64,000 bases of DNA from Escherichia coli 042 (GTDB taxonomy: Bacteria; Pseudomonadota; Gammaproteobacteria; Enterobacterales; Enterobacteriaceae). Of this stretch, positions 54,830 through 64,000 are shown piece after piece (position 1 is the first letter of the stretch; every line of letters begins with the position of its first letter). The notes beneath the pieces are model-generated. The model was not told the DNA's origin. It ran no database searches and was given only the letters and a program-made list of their open reading frames with translations. The DNA is taken from assembly GCF_000027125.1 (NCBI RefSeq), contig NC_017626.1. One strand, written 5' to 3'. The position numbers and the translations under genes were made by a program.

Positions 54830-57094
54830 ATGAAAATAACGACAGTCGGCGTATGCATAATTTGCGGAATTTTTCCGTTGCTGGTTTTGCCACAATTGCC
54901 TGGGACATTAACCCTTGCGTCTCTGACCGTCTTCGCCTGCGTACTGGTATTTATCCCTTTTAAAACTGTCCGTTATATCGCGCTGACGTTGCTGTTTTTC
55001 GTTTGGGGCATATTAGCAGCAAAGCAAATTTTGTGGGCAGGAGAAACCTTAACTGGCGCGACGCAGGATGCAATTGTTGAGATCACTGCTACTGACGGTA
55101 TGACCACTCATTACGGTCAAATTACTCATCTACAAGGTCGACGTATATTCCCTGCGCCAGGCCTCGTGCTGTATGGCGAATATCTTCCGCAAGCGGTTTG
55201 TGCTGGACAACTGTGGTCAATGAAACTCAAAGTTCGTGCAGTTCATGGCCAATTTAATGATGGCGGCTTTGATAGCCAGCGTTATGCCATTGCCCAGCAT
55301 CAGCCGCTGACCGGCCGCTTTCTGCAGGCAAGTGTCATTGAACCGAATTGTAGCCTGCGTGCACAGTATCTGGCGTCATTACAAACAACGCTGCAACCCT
55401 ATCCGTGGAATGCGGTTATTCTTGGTTTAGGTATGGGGGAACGGTTATCCGTTCCCAAAGAAATCAAAAATATCATGCGCGATACTGGAACGGCGCATTT
55501 AATGGCGATATCGGGATTGCATATCGCTTTTGCGGCGTTGCTGGCTGCCGGACTCATTCGCAGTGGACAAATTTTTCTGCCTGGGCGCTGGATCCACTGG
55601 CAAATGCCATTAATTGGCGGAATCTGCTGTGCTGCTTTTTATGCCTGGCTGACGGGAATGCAACCTCCTGCATTTCGTACCGTGGTGGCGCTTGCTACGT
55701 GGGGAATGCTTAAGTTAAGTGGGCGACAGTGGAGTGGCTGGGATGTATGGATATGTTGTCTGGCGGCAATTTTGCTGATGGATCCTGTTGCCATTCTCTC
55801 GCAAAGTTTATGGCTCTCTGCCGCTGCGGTCGCGGCACTGATTTTTTGGTATCAGTGGTTTCCCTGTCCGGAGTGGCAACTGCCGCCGGTATTGCGCGCG
55901 GTTGTTTCCCTCATCCATCTGCAGCTGGGAATCACCCTCCTGCTTATGCCCGTGCAAATCGTCATATTTCATGGCATTAGTCTGACCTCGTTTATTGCGA
56001 ATCTTTTTGCAATTCCCCAGGTGACATTTATCACGGTTCCGTTGATCCTCGCCGCGATGGTTGCGCATTTAAGCGGGCCGTTAATTCTGGAGCAAGGGTT
56101 ATGGTTTCTTGCCGACCGGTCTTTGGCTTTACTTTTCTGGGGGTTAAAGAGTTTGCCGGAAGGGTGGATCAACATTGCTGAACGTTGGCAATGGCTAACA
56201 TTTTCCCCATGGTTCTTACTGGTGGTATGGCGATTAAACGCCTGGCGAACGTTGCCAGCAATGTGTGTGGCTGTAGGCTTGTTGATGTGCTGGCCGCTGT
56301 GGCAAAAACCTCGACCTGACGAGTGGCAAGTGTACATGCTTGATGTCGGGCAAGGGCTGGCAATGGTCATTGCGCGAAACGGCAAAGCGATTCTCTATGA
56401 CACGGGACTGGCCTGGCCCGAAGGGGATAGTGGGCAACAACTGATTATCCCCTGGCTCCACTGGCATAATCTTGAACCGGAAGGCGTTATTCTGAGTCAT
56501 GAACATCTGGATCACCGGGGAGGACTGGACTCAATATTGCATACATGGCCGATGTTATGGATCAGAAGTTCGTTAAACTGGGAACATCATCAGCCCTGTG
56601 TGCGTGGCGAAGCGTGGCAATGGCAAGGATTGCGTTTCAGCGCGCACTGGCCTTTACAAGGTAGCAACGATAAAGGAAATAACCATTCCTGTGTGGTTAA
56701 GATTGATGACGGGACGAATAGCATTCTTCTAACCGGTGATATTGAAGCCCCTGCTGAACAAAAGATGCTAAGCCGTTACTGGCAGCAAATGCAGGCAACA
56801 TTACTTCAGGTACCTCATCATGGCAGTAATACCTCATCATCGTTACCATTAATTCAGCGAGTGAATGGAAAAGTGGCACTCGCATCGGCATCGCGCTATA
56901 ACGCATGGCGATTGCCCTCAAGCAAAGTTAAACATCGCTATCAACAACAGGGTTATACGTGGCTTGATACTCCTCATCAGGGGCAAATAACGGTCAATTT
57001 TTCAGCGCAAGGCTGGCAGATTAGCAGCCTCAGGGAGCAAATTTTACCTCGTTGGTATCATCAGTGGTTTGGCGTGCCAGTGGATAACGGGTAG
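54830..57094 (+). CDS. ycaI: ComEC/Rec2-family competence-type membrane protein with C-terminal metallo-beta-lactamase domain
   Basis: ORF 54752-57094; start refined to MKITTVGVCIICGIFPLLVLPQLP... (754 aa); polytopic N-terminal part; HxHxDH motif (SHEHLDHRGG). Confidence 0.85.
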   Translation: MKITTVGVCIICGIFPLLVLPQLPGTLTLASLTVFACVLVFIPFKTVRYIALTLLFFVWGILAAKQILWAGETLTGATQDAIVEITATDGMTTHYGQITHLQGRRIFPAPGLVLYGEYLPQAVCAGQLWSMKLKVRAVHGQFNDGGFDSQRYAIAQHQPLTGRFLQASVIEPNCSLRAQYLASLQTTLQPYPWNAVILGLGMGERLSVPKEIKNIMRDTGTAHLMAISGLHIAFAALLAAGLIRSGQIFLPGRWIHWQMPLIGGICCAAFYAWLTGMQPPAFRTVVALATWGMLKLSGRQWSGWDVWICCLAAILLMDPVAILSQSLWLSAAAVAALIFWYQWFPCPEWQLPPVLRAVVSLIHLQLGITLLLMPVQIVIFHGISLTSFIANLFAIPQVTFITVPLILAAMVAHLSGPLILEQGLWFLADRSLALLFWGLKSLPEGWINIAERWQWLTFSPWFLLVVWRLNAWRTLPAMCVAVGLLMCWPLWQKPRPDEWQVYMLDVGQGLAMVIARNGKAILYDTGLAWPEGDSGQQLIIPWLHWHNLEPEGVILSHEHLDHRGGLDSILHTWPMLWIRSSLNWEHHQPCVRGEAWQWQGLRFSAHWPLQGSNDKGNNHSCVVKIDDGTNSILLTGDIEAPAEQKMLSRYWQQMQATLLQVPHHGSNTSSSLPLIQRVNGKVALASASRYNAWRLPSSKVKHRYQQQGYTWLDTPHQGQITVNFSAQGWQISSLREQILPRWYHQWFGVPVDNG

Positions 57095-57130
57095 AATATG
57101 CGGCTATTTCAACAAATGCTGGTTTTTTGA

Positions 57131-58879
57131 ATGCATAACGACAAAGATCTCTCTACGTGGCAGACATTCCGCCGACTGTGGCCAACCATTGCGCCTTTTA
57201 AAGCGGGTCTGATCGTGGCGGGCGTAGCGTTAATCCTCAACGCAGCCAGCGATACCTTCATGTTATCGCTCCTTAAGCCACTTCTTGATGATGGCTTTGG
57301 TAAAACAGATCGCTCCGTGCTGGTGTGGATGCCGCTGGTGGTGATCGGGCTGATGATTTTACGTGGTATCACCAGCTATGTCTCCAGCTACTGTATCTCC
57401 TGGGTATCAGGAAAGGTGGTAATGACTATGCGTCGCCGCCTGTTTGGTCACATGATGGGAATGCCTGTTTCATTTTTTGACAAACAGTCAACGGGTACGC
57501 TGTTGTCACGTATCACCTACGATTCCGAACAGGTTGCTTCTTCTTCTTCCGGCGCACTGATTACTGTTGTGCGTGAAGGTGCGTCGATCATCGGCCTGTT
57601 CATCATGATGTTCTATTACAGCTGGCAACTGTCGATCATTTTGATTGTGCTGGCACCGATTGTTTCGATTGCGATTCGCGTTGTATCGAAGCGTTTTCGT
57701 AACATCAGTAAAAACATGCAGAACACCATGGGGCAGGTGACCACCAGCGCAGAACAAATGCTGAAGGGCCACAAAGAAGTATTGATTTTCGGTGGTCAGG
57801 AAGTGGAAACGAAACGCTTCGATAAAGTCAGTAACCGAATGCGTCTTCAGGGGATGAAAATGGTTTCAGCCTCTTCCATCTCTGATCCGATCATTCAGCT
57901 GATCGCCTCTTTGGCGCTGGCGTTTGTTCTGTATGCGGCGAGCTTCCCAAGTGTTATGGATAACCTGACTGCCGGTACGATTACCGTTGTTTTCTCTTCA
58001 ATGATTGCACTGATGCGTCCACTGAAATCGCTGACCAACGTTAACGCCCAGTTCCAGCGCGGTATGGCGGCTTGTCAGACGCTGTTTACCATTCTGGACA
58101 GTGAGCAGGAGAAAGACGAAGGTAAGCGCGTGATCGAGCGTGCGACTGGCGACGTGGAATTCCGCAATGTCACCTTTACTTATCCGGGACGTGACGTACC
58201 CGCATTGCGTAACATCAACCTGAAAATTCCGGCAGGGAAGACGGTTGCTCTGGTTGGACGCTCTGGTTCGGGTAAATCAACCATCGCCAGCCTGATCACG
58301 CGTTTTTACGATATTGATGAAGGCGAAATCCTGATGGATGGTCACGATCTGCGCGAGTATACCCTGGCGTCGTTACGTAACCAGGTTGCTCTGGTGTCGC
58401 AGAATGTCCATTTGTTTAACGATACTGTTGCTAACAACATTGCTTACGCACGGACTGAACAGTACAGCCGTGAGCAAATTGAAGAAGCGGCGCGTATGGC
58501 CTACGCCATGGACTTCATCAATAAGATGGATAACGGTCTCGATACAGTGATTGGTGAAAACGGCGTGCTGCTCTCTGGCGGTCAGCGTCAGCGTATTGCC
58601 ATCGCTCGAGCCTTGTTGCGTGATAGCCCGATTCTGATTCTGGACGAAGCTACCTCGGCGCTGGATACCGAATCTGAACGTGCGATTCAGGCGGCATTGG
58701 ATGAGTTGCAGAAAAACCGTACCTCTCTGGTGATTGCCCACCGCTTGTCTACCATTGAAAAGGCAGACGAAATCGTGGTCGTCGAGGATGGTGTCATTGT
58801 GGAACGCGGTACGCATAACGATTTGCTTGAGCACCGTGGCGTTTACGCGCAACTTCACAAAATGCAGTTTGGCCAATGA
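57131..58879 (+). CDS. msbA: Lipid A (LPS) flippase, ABC exporter
   Basis: 582 aa [57 protein letters not shown]...; Walker [10 protein letters not shown]; signature [14 protein letters not shown]. Confidence 0.96.
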   Translation: MHNDKDLSTWQTFRRLWPTIAPFKAGLIVAGVALILNAASDTFMLSLLKPLLDDGFGKTDRSVLVWMPLVVIGLMILRGITSYVSSYCISWVSGKVVMTMRRRLFGHMMGMPVSFFDKQSTGTLLSRITYDSEQVASSSSGALITVVREGASIIGLFIMMFYYSWQLSIILIVLAPIVSIAIRVVSKRFRNISKNMQNTMGQVTTSAEQMLKGHKEVLIFGGQEVETKRFDKVSNRMRLQGMKMVSASSISDPIIQLIASLALAFVLYAASFPSVMDNLTAGTITVVFSSMIALMRPLKSLTNVNAQFQRGMAACQTLFTILDSEQEKDEGKRVIERATGDVEFRNVTFTYPGRDVPALRNINLKIPAGKTVALVGRSGSGKSTIASLITRFYDIDEGEILMDGHDLREYTLASLRNQVALVSQNVHLFNDTVANNIAYARTEQYSREQIEEAARMAYAMDFINKMDNGLDTVIGENGVLLSGGQRQRIAIARALLRDSPILILDEATSALDTESERAIQAALDELQKNRTSLVIAHRLSTIEKADEIVVVEDGVIVERGTHNDLLEHRGVYAQLHKMQFGQ

Positions 58880-59862
58880 TCGAAAAAATCTGGTCTGGTG
58901 AATCCCCTTTGTGGCGGCTATTGCTGCCACTCTCCTGGTTGTATGGCCTGGTGAGTGGCGCGATCCGTCTTTGCTATAAACTAAAACTGAAGCGCGCCTG
59001 GCGTGCCCCCGTACCGGTTGTCGTGGTTGGTAATCTCACCGCAGGCGGCAATGGAAAAACCCCGGTCGTTGTCTGGCTGGTGGAACAGCTGCAACAGCGC
59101 GGTATTCGCGTGGGGGTAGTATCGCGGGGATATGGTGGTAAGGCTGAATCTTATCCGCTGTTATTGTCGGCAGATACCACCACAGCACAGGCGGGTGATG
59201 AACCTGTGTTGATTTATCAACGCACTGGCGCGCCCGTTGCGGTTTCTCCCGTGCGTTCTGATGCGGTAAAAGCCATTCTGGCGCAACACCCTGATGTGCA
59301 GATCATCGTAACCGACGACGGTTTACAGCATTACCGTCTGGCGCGTGATGTGGAAATTGTCGTTGTTGATGGTGTGCGTCGCTTTGGCAATGGCTGGTGG
59401 TTGCCGGCGGGGCCAATGCGTGAGCGAGCGGGGCGCTTAAAGTCGGTTGATGCGGTAATCGTCAACGGCGGTGTCCCACGCAGCGGTGAAATCCCCATGC
59501 ATCTGCTGCCGGGTCAGGCGGTGAATTTACGTACCGGTATGCGTTGTGACGTTGCTCAGCTTGAACATGTAGTGGCGATGGCGGGGATTGGACATCCGCC
59601 GCGCTTTTTTGCCACGCTGAAGATGTGCGGCGTACAACCGGAAAAATGTGTACCGCTGGCCGATCATCAGTCTTTGAACCATGCGGATGTTAGCGCGTTG
59701 GTAAGCGCCGGGCAAACGCTGGTAATGACTGAAAAAGATGCGGTGAAATGCTTGGCCTTTGCCGAAGGAAATTGGTGGTATTTGCCTGTTGACGCACAGC
59801 TTTTAGGTGATGAACCAGCGAAACTGCTTGCGCAACTAACCTCGCTGGCTTCTGGCAACTAG
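58876..59862 (+). CDS. lpxK: Tetraacyldisaccharide 4'-kinase
   Basis: 328 aa [63 protein letters not shown]...; start overlaps the msbA stop (ATGA). Confidence 0.94.
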   Translation: MIEKIWSGESPLWRLLLPLSWLYGLVSGAIRLCYKLKLKRAWRAPVPVVVVGNLTAGGNGKTPVVVWLVEQLQQRGIRVGVVSRGYGGKAESYPLLLSADTTTAQAGDEPVLIYQRTGAPVAVSPVRSDAVKAILAQHPDVQIIVTDDGLQHYRLARDVEIVVVDGVRRFGNGWWLPAGPMRERAGRLKSVDAVIVNGGVPRSGEIPMHLLPGQAVNLRTGMRCDVAQLEHVVAMAGIGHPPRFFATLKMCGVQPEKCVPLADHQSLNHADVSALVSAGQTLVMTEKDAVKCLAFAEGNWWYLPVDAQLLGDEPAKLLAQLTSLASGN

Positions 59863-59898
59863 TTACGCCGCGGCAGCGTTCGATTGATGGAGTCATGA

Positions 59899-61131
59899 AT
59901 GTCGCTGCCGCACATCTCCCTTGCTGATGCGCGTAATCTTCACCTCGCCGCGCAAGGCCTGTTAAACAAACCCCGCCGTCGAGCGTCGTTGGAGGATATT
60001 CCGGCAACGATCTCCCGCATGTCCTTGCTGCAAATCGATACCATTAATATTGTTGCCCGTAGTCCATATCTGGTGCTTTTCAGTCGTCTGGGAAATTATC
60101 CTGCCCAGTGGCTGGATGAGTCTCTGGCGCGTGGCGAATTAATGGAATACTGGGCGCATGAAGCCTGCTTTATGCCGCGTAGCGACTTTCGTCTTATTCG
60201 CCACCGCATGCTGGCACCTGAAAAAATGGGCTGGAAATACAAAGACGCCTGGATGCAGGAACATGAGGCGGAAATTGCACAGTTAATTCAGCATATTCAT
60301 GATAAGGGGCCGGTACGTTCAGCCGATTTTGAGCATCCTCGTAAAGGTGCAAGCGGCTGGTGGGAATGGAAGCCGCATAAACGGCATCTGGAAGGTTTAT
60401 TTACTGCCGGAAAGGTGATGGTGATTGAACGGCGCAACTTCCAGCGCGTTTATGATTTAACCCGCCGAGTCATGCCTGACTGGGATGATGAGCGCGATCT
60501 CGTTTCGCAAACAGAAGCAGAAATCATCATGCTGGATAACAGTGCGCGTAGCCTGGGCATATTCCGCGAACAGTGGCTGGCAGATTACTATCGGCTGAAA
60601 CGTCCGGCACTGGCGGCTTGGCGCGAAGCGAGGGCTGAACAGCAGCAAATCATTGCTGTGCATGTTGAAAAATTGGGCAATCTTTGGCTGCATGCTGATT
60701 TGCTGCCGCTACTCGAGCGTGCGCTGGCCGGAAAGCTCACTGCAACGCACAGCGCGGTACTTTCGCCTTTTGATCCTGTTGTCTGGGATCGCAAACGCGC
60801 AGAGCAGCTTTTTGATTTTAGCTACCGGCTGGAGTGCTATACCCCAGCGCCGAAACGCCAGTATGGCTATTTTGTTCTGCCGTTATTACATCGTGGGCAA
60901 TTAGTTGGGCGAATGGATGCCAAAATGCATCGCCAGACAGGCATCCTTGAAGTTATCTCTCTGTGGTTACAGGAAGGCATTAAACCAACGACAATGCTGC
61001 AAAAAGGGTTACGTCAGGCGATTACTGATTTCGCGATCTGGCAGCAGGCAACGCGGGTGACATTAGGACGCTGCCCGCAAGGTCTCTTTACTGATTGCCG
61101 CACCGGCTGGGAAATAGACCCCGTCGCATAA
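59899..61131 (+). CDS. ycaQ: Winged-helix DNA glycosylase (AlkZ/YcaQ family, interstrand crosslink repair)
   Basis: 410 aa MSLPHISLADARNLHLAAQGLLNKPRRRASLEDIPATISRMSLLQIDTINIVARSPYLVLFSRLG... Confidence 0.85.
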   Translation: MSLPHISLADARNLHLAAQGLLNKPRRRASLEDIPATISRMSLLQIDTINIVARSPYLVLFSRLGNYPAQWLDESLARGELMEYWAHEACFMPRSDFRLIRHRMLAPEKMGWKYKDAWMQEHEAEIAQLIQHIHDKGPVRSADFEHPRKGASGWWEWKPHKRHLEGLFTAGKVMVIERRNFQRVYDLTRRVMPDWDDERDLVSQTEAEIIMLDNSARSLGIFREQWLADYYRLKRPALAAWREARAEQQQIIAVHVEKLGNLWLHADLLPLLERALAGKLTATHSAVLSPFDPVVWDRKRAEQLFDFSYRLECYTPAPKRQYGYFVLPLLHRGQLVGRMDAKMHRQTGILEVISLWLQEGIKPTTMLQKGLRQAITDFAIWQQATRVTLGRCPQGLFTDCRTGWEIDPVA

Positions 61132-61182
61132 ATGATTATGATAAGATTTATGCATTCATAACCCGATCCATCTGGAGGAACT

Positions 61183-62108
<926 letters not shown>

Positions 62109-62118
62109 TTTCACTTCA

Positions 62119-62160
62119 CGACACTCCAGCCAATTTTGGGAGGAGTGTCGTACCGTTACG
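62119..62160 (+). terminator. Probable terminator after kdsB
   Basis: 9-bp stem cgacactcc/ggagtgtcg (62119-62127 and 62142-62150) with 14-nt loop; downstream sequence is only moderately T-rich. Confidence 0.45.
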
Positions 62161-62261
62161 ATTTTCCTCAATTTTTCTTTTCAACAATTGATCTCATTCA
62201 GGTGACATCTTTTATATTGGCGCTCATTATGAAAGCAGTAGCTTTTATGAGGGTAATCTGA

Positions 62262-63155
62262 ATGGAACAGCTGCGTGCCGAATTAAGCCATTTACTGGGC
62301 GAAAAACTCAGTCGTATTGAGTGCGTCAATGAAAAAGCGGATACGGCGTTGTGGGCTTTGTATGACAGCCAGGGAAACCCAATGCCGTTAATGGCAAGAA
62401 GCTTTAGTACGCCCGGAAAAGCCCGACAACTGGCATGGAAAACCACCATGCTGGCAAGAAGTGGGACTGTCCGTATGCCGATTATTTATGGTGTGATGAC
62501 GCATGAAGAACACCCCGGCCCCGATGTCCTGCTACTGGAGCGGATGCGTGGTGTTTCGGTGGAGGCACCAGCCCGAACACCAGAACGCTGGGAACAACTC
62601 AAAGACCAAATCGTTGAAGCCTTACTGGCCTGGCACCGTCAGGACAGTCGTGGTTGCGTCGGCGCGGTCGACAATACTCAGGAAAATTTCTGGCCCTCAT
62701 GGTACCGGCAACATGTTGAAGTGCTATGGACCACGCTCAATCAGTTCAATAACACCGGTCTAACGATGCAGGATAAGCGGATCCTGTTTCGCACTCGCGA
62801 ATGTCTCCCGGCATTATTTGAAGGCTTTAACGACAATTGTGTACTGATTCACGGTAACTTCTGTTTACGCAGCATGCTGAAAGATTCGCGCAGCGATCAG
62901 TTACTGGCGATGGTCGGACCGGGACTAATGCTTTGGGCACCGCGAGAATACGAACTGTTCCGACTAATGGATAATTCTCTGGCGGAAGATTTGCTCTGGA
63001 GCTACCTGCAACGCGCGCCAGTGGCGGAGTCATTCATCTGGCGGCGTTGGTTGTATGTGTTATGGGATGAAGTTGCGCAACTGGTTAATACCGGACGATT
63101 TAGTCGGCGCAACTTCGAACTGGCATCAAAATCACTCTTGCCGTGGCTCGCCTGA
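62262..63155 (+). CDS. ycbJ: Putative kinase-like protein (YcbJ family, aminoglycoside phosphotransferase-like fold)
   Basis: 297 aa MEQLRAELSHLLGEKLSRIECVNEKADTALWALYDSQGNPMPLMARSFSTPGKARQLAWK... Confidence 0.82.
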   Translation: MEQLRAELSHLLGEKLSRIECVNEKADTALWALYDSQGNPMPLMARSFSTPGKARQLAWKTTMLARSGTVRMPIIYGVMTHEEHPGPDVLLLERMRGVSVEAPARTPERWEQLKDQIVEALLAWHRQDSRGCVGAVDNTQENFWPSWYRQHVEVLWTTLNQFNNTGLTMQDKRILFRTRECLPALFEGFNDNCVLIHGNFCLRSMLKDSRSDQLLAMVGPGLMLWAPREYELFRLMDNSLAEDLLWSYLQRAPVAESFIWRRWLYVLWDEVAQLVNTGRFSRRNFELASKSLLPWLA

Positions 63156-63911
63156 CGAACCTTTCAGCCACTGCCAGATGCGGCCAAGCGTTTCATAGCC
63201 AACACGATCGCTATGCATCAGCCAGACCGGAGAAGGGATTGCCCGTTCCCACGGATTAAGCGGCGAGTCGATGGCCAACTGATTCGCCGGGGCTGGCAGC
63301 GGATTTAACCCTTCCTGCTGAAAAAAGATCATCGCCCGCGGCAAATGAGACGCGGATGTCACCAGCAGGAAAGGGGCGTCACCAATCGCCTGTTTCACTG
63401 CCGCAGCTTCTTCTTCGGTATCTTTTGGCAAATCCAGAGTGATAATTTGCTCGCGCGGCACGCCCAGCGATTGCGCAACTCGGGCACCTACTTCGGCTGT
63501 ACTCACCGTATTGGTTTTTGCTACGCCTCCCGTGAAGATCAGTTTTGATCCCGGATTTTCGCGCCATAAGCGAATACCTTCATTCAGGCGGGGCAGACTG
63601 TTATTGATTAAATTCGAGCTTGGTGCCCACTGCGGGTTCCAGGTATAACCACCTCCGAGCACCACGATATAGTCCACTTTTTGCGAATTATTCCATGTCG
63701 GATAGGTGCTTTCGATGGGACGCAGCAGGCGGTCGGCTACCGGTTGCAAACTCAATAACAAGAGCGCCAGCCACCCAATGCTAATAAAAATCTTCCCGGT
63801 TTTTTGAAAACGGCTAAACCACAGCAGCGCCAGGCCAGCGCCAATAATCAACAACATTAGCGGAAGTGGCAGCAACATATTGCCAATCACTTTTTTCAGT
63901 GTAAAAAGCAT
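63132..63911 (-). CDS. elyC: Envelope biogenesis factor ElyC (DUF218 inner-membrane protein)
   Basis: 259 aa MLFTLKKVIGNMLLPLPLMLLIIGAGLALLWFSRFQKTGKIFISIGWLALLLLSLQPVADRLL...; 3' end overlaps ycbJ convergently by 24 bp. Confidence 0.85.
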   Translation of the reverse strand: MLFTLKKVIGNMLLPLPLMLLIIGAGLALLWFSRFQKTGKIFISIGWLALLLLSLQPVADRLLRPIESTYPTWNNSQKVDYIVVLGGGYTWNPQWAPSSNLINNSLPRLNEGIRLWRENPGSKLIFTGGVAKTNTVSTAEVGARVAQSLGVPREQIITLDLPKDTEEEAAAVKQAIGDAPFLLVTSASHLPRAMIFFQQEGLNPLPAPANQLAIDSPLNPWERAIPSPVWLMHSDRVGYETLGRIWQWLKGSSGEPRQE

Positions 63912-64000
63912 CCTTTCTGGTTCCTTTTTTAACCATATAGCAAGGGATCGCCAGCGATATTACACCAGACGGGTTCATTCTCGCCGTGGCTGTGACAAAA

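Overview
This window reads as conserved Escherichia coli-type core chromosome (the ltaE-poxB ... kdsB-ycbJ region), with 48 protein genes I can place by their translated sequence and synteny, one tRNA-Ser (serW) and a cas-less type I-F CRISPR mini-array in the clpA-serW gap. Gene order: ltaE(partial)-poxB-hcr-hcp-lysO-aqpZ-ybjD-ybjX-macA-macB-cspD-clpS-clpA-[CRISPR]-serW-infA-aat-cydC-cydD-trxB-lrp-ftsK-lolA-rarA-serS-dmsABC-ycaC-ycaD-ycaM-pflA-pflB-focA-ycaO-ycaP-serC-aroA-ycaL-cmk-rpsA-ihfB-ycaI-msbA-lpxK-ycaQ-ycaR-kdsB-ycbJ-elyC. I do not see an inserted island, prophage or novel multi-gene system; every large ORF is accounted for by a housekeeping or known accessory gene. The observations most worth a second look are: (1) the orphan I-F CRISPR array (3 repeats, 2 spacers) with no cas genes anywhere in 64 kb; (2) a ~61 bp partial duplication of the serW 3' end plus terminator next to that array, which looks like an att-type recombination scar; (3) a GC-rich, multi-hairpin element between aqpZ and lysO; (4) the apparent absence of ycaN-ycaK between ycaM and pflA compared with the K-12 order as I remember it; (5) ybjD, a conserved OLD-family ATPase/Toprim gene of unknown role. 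Gene starts were refined from the ORF track by choosing the internal start that matches the known protein N-terminus; all identifications are from memory of the protein families, not from a database search.
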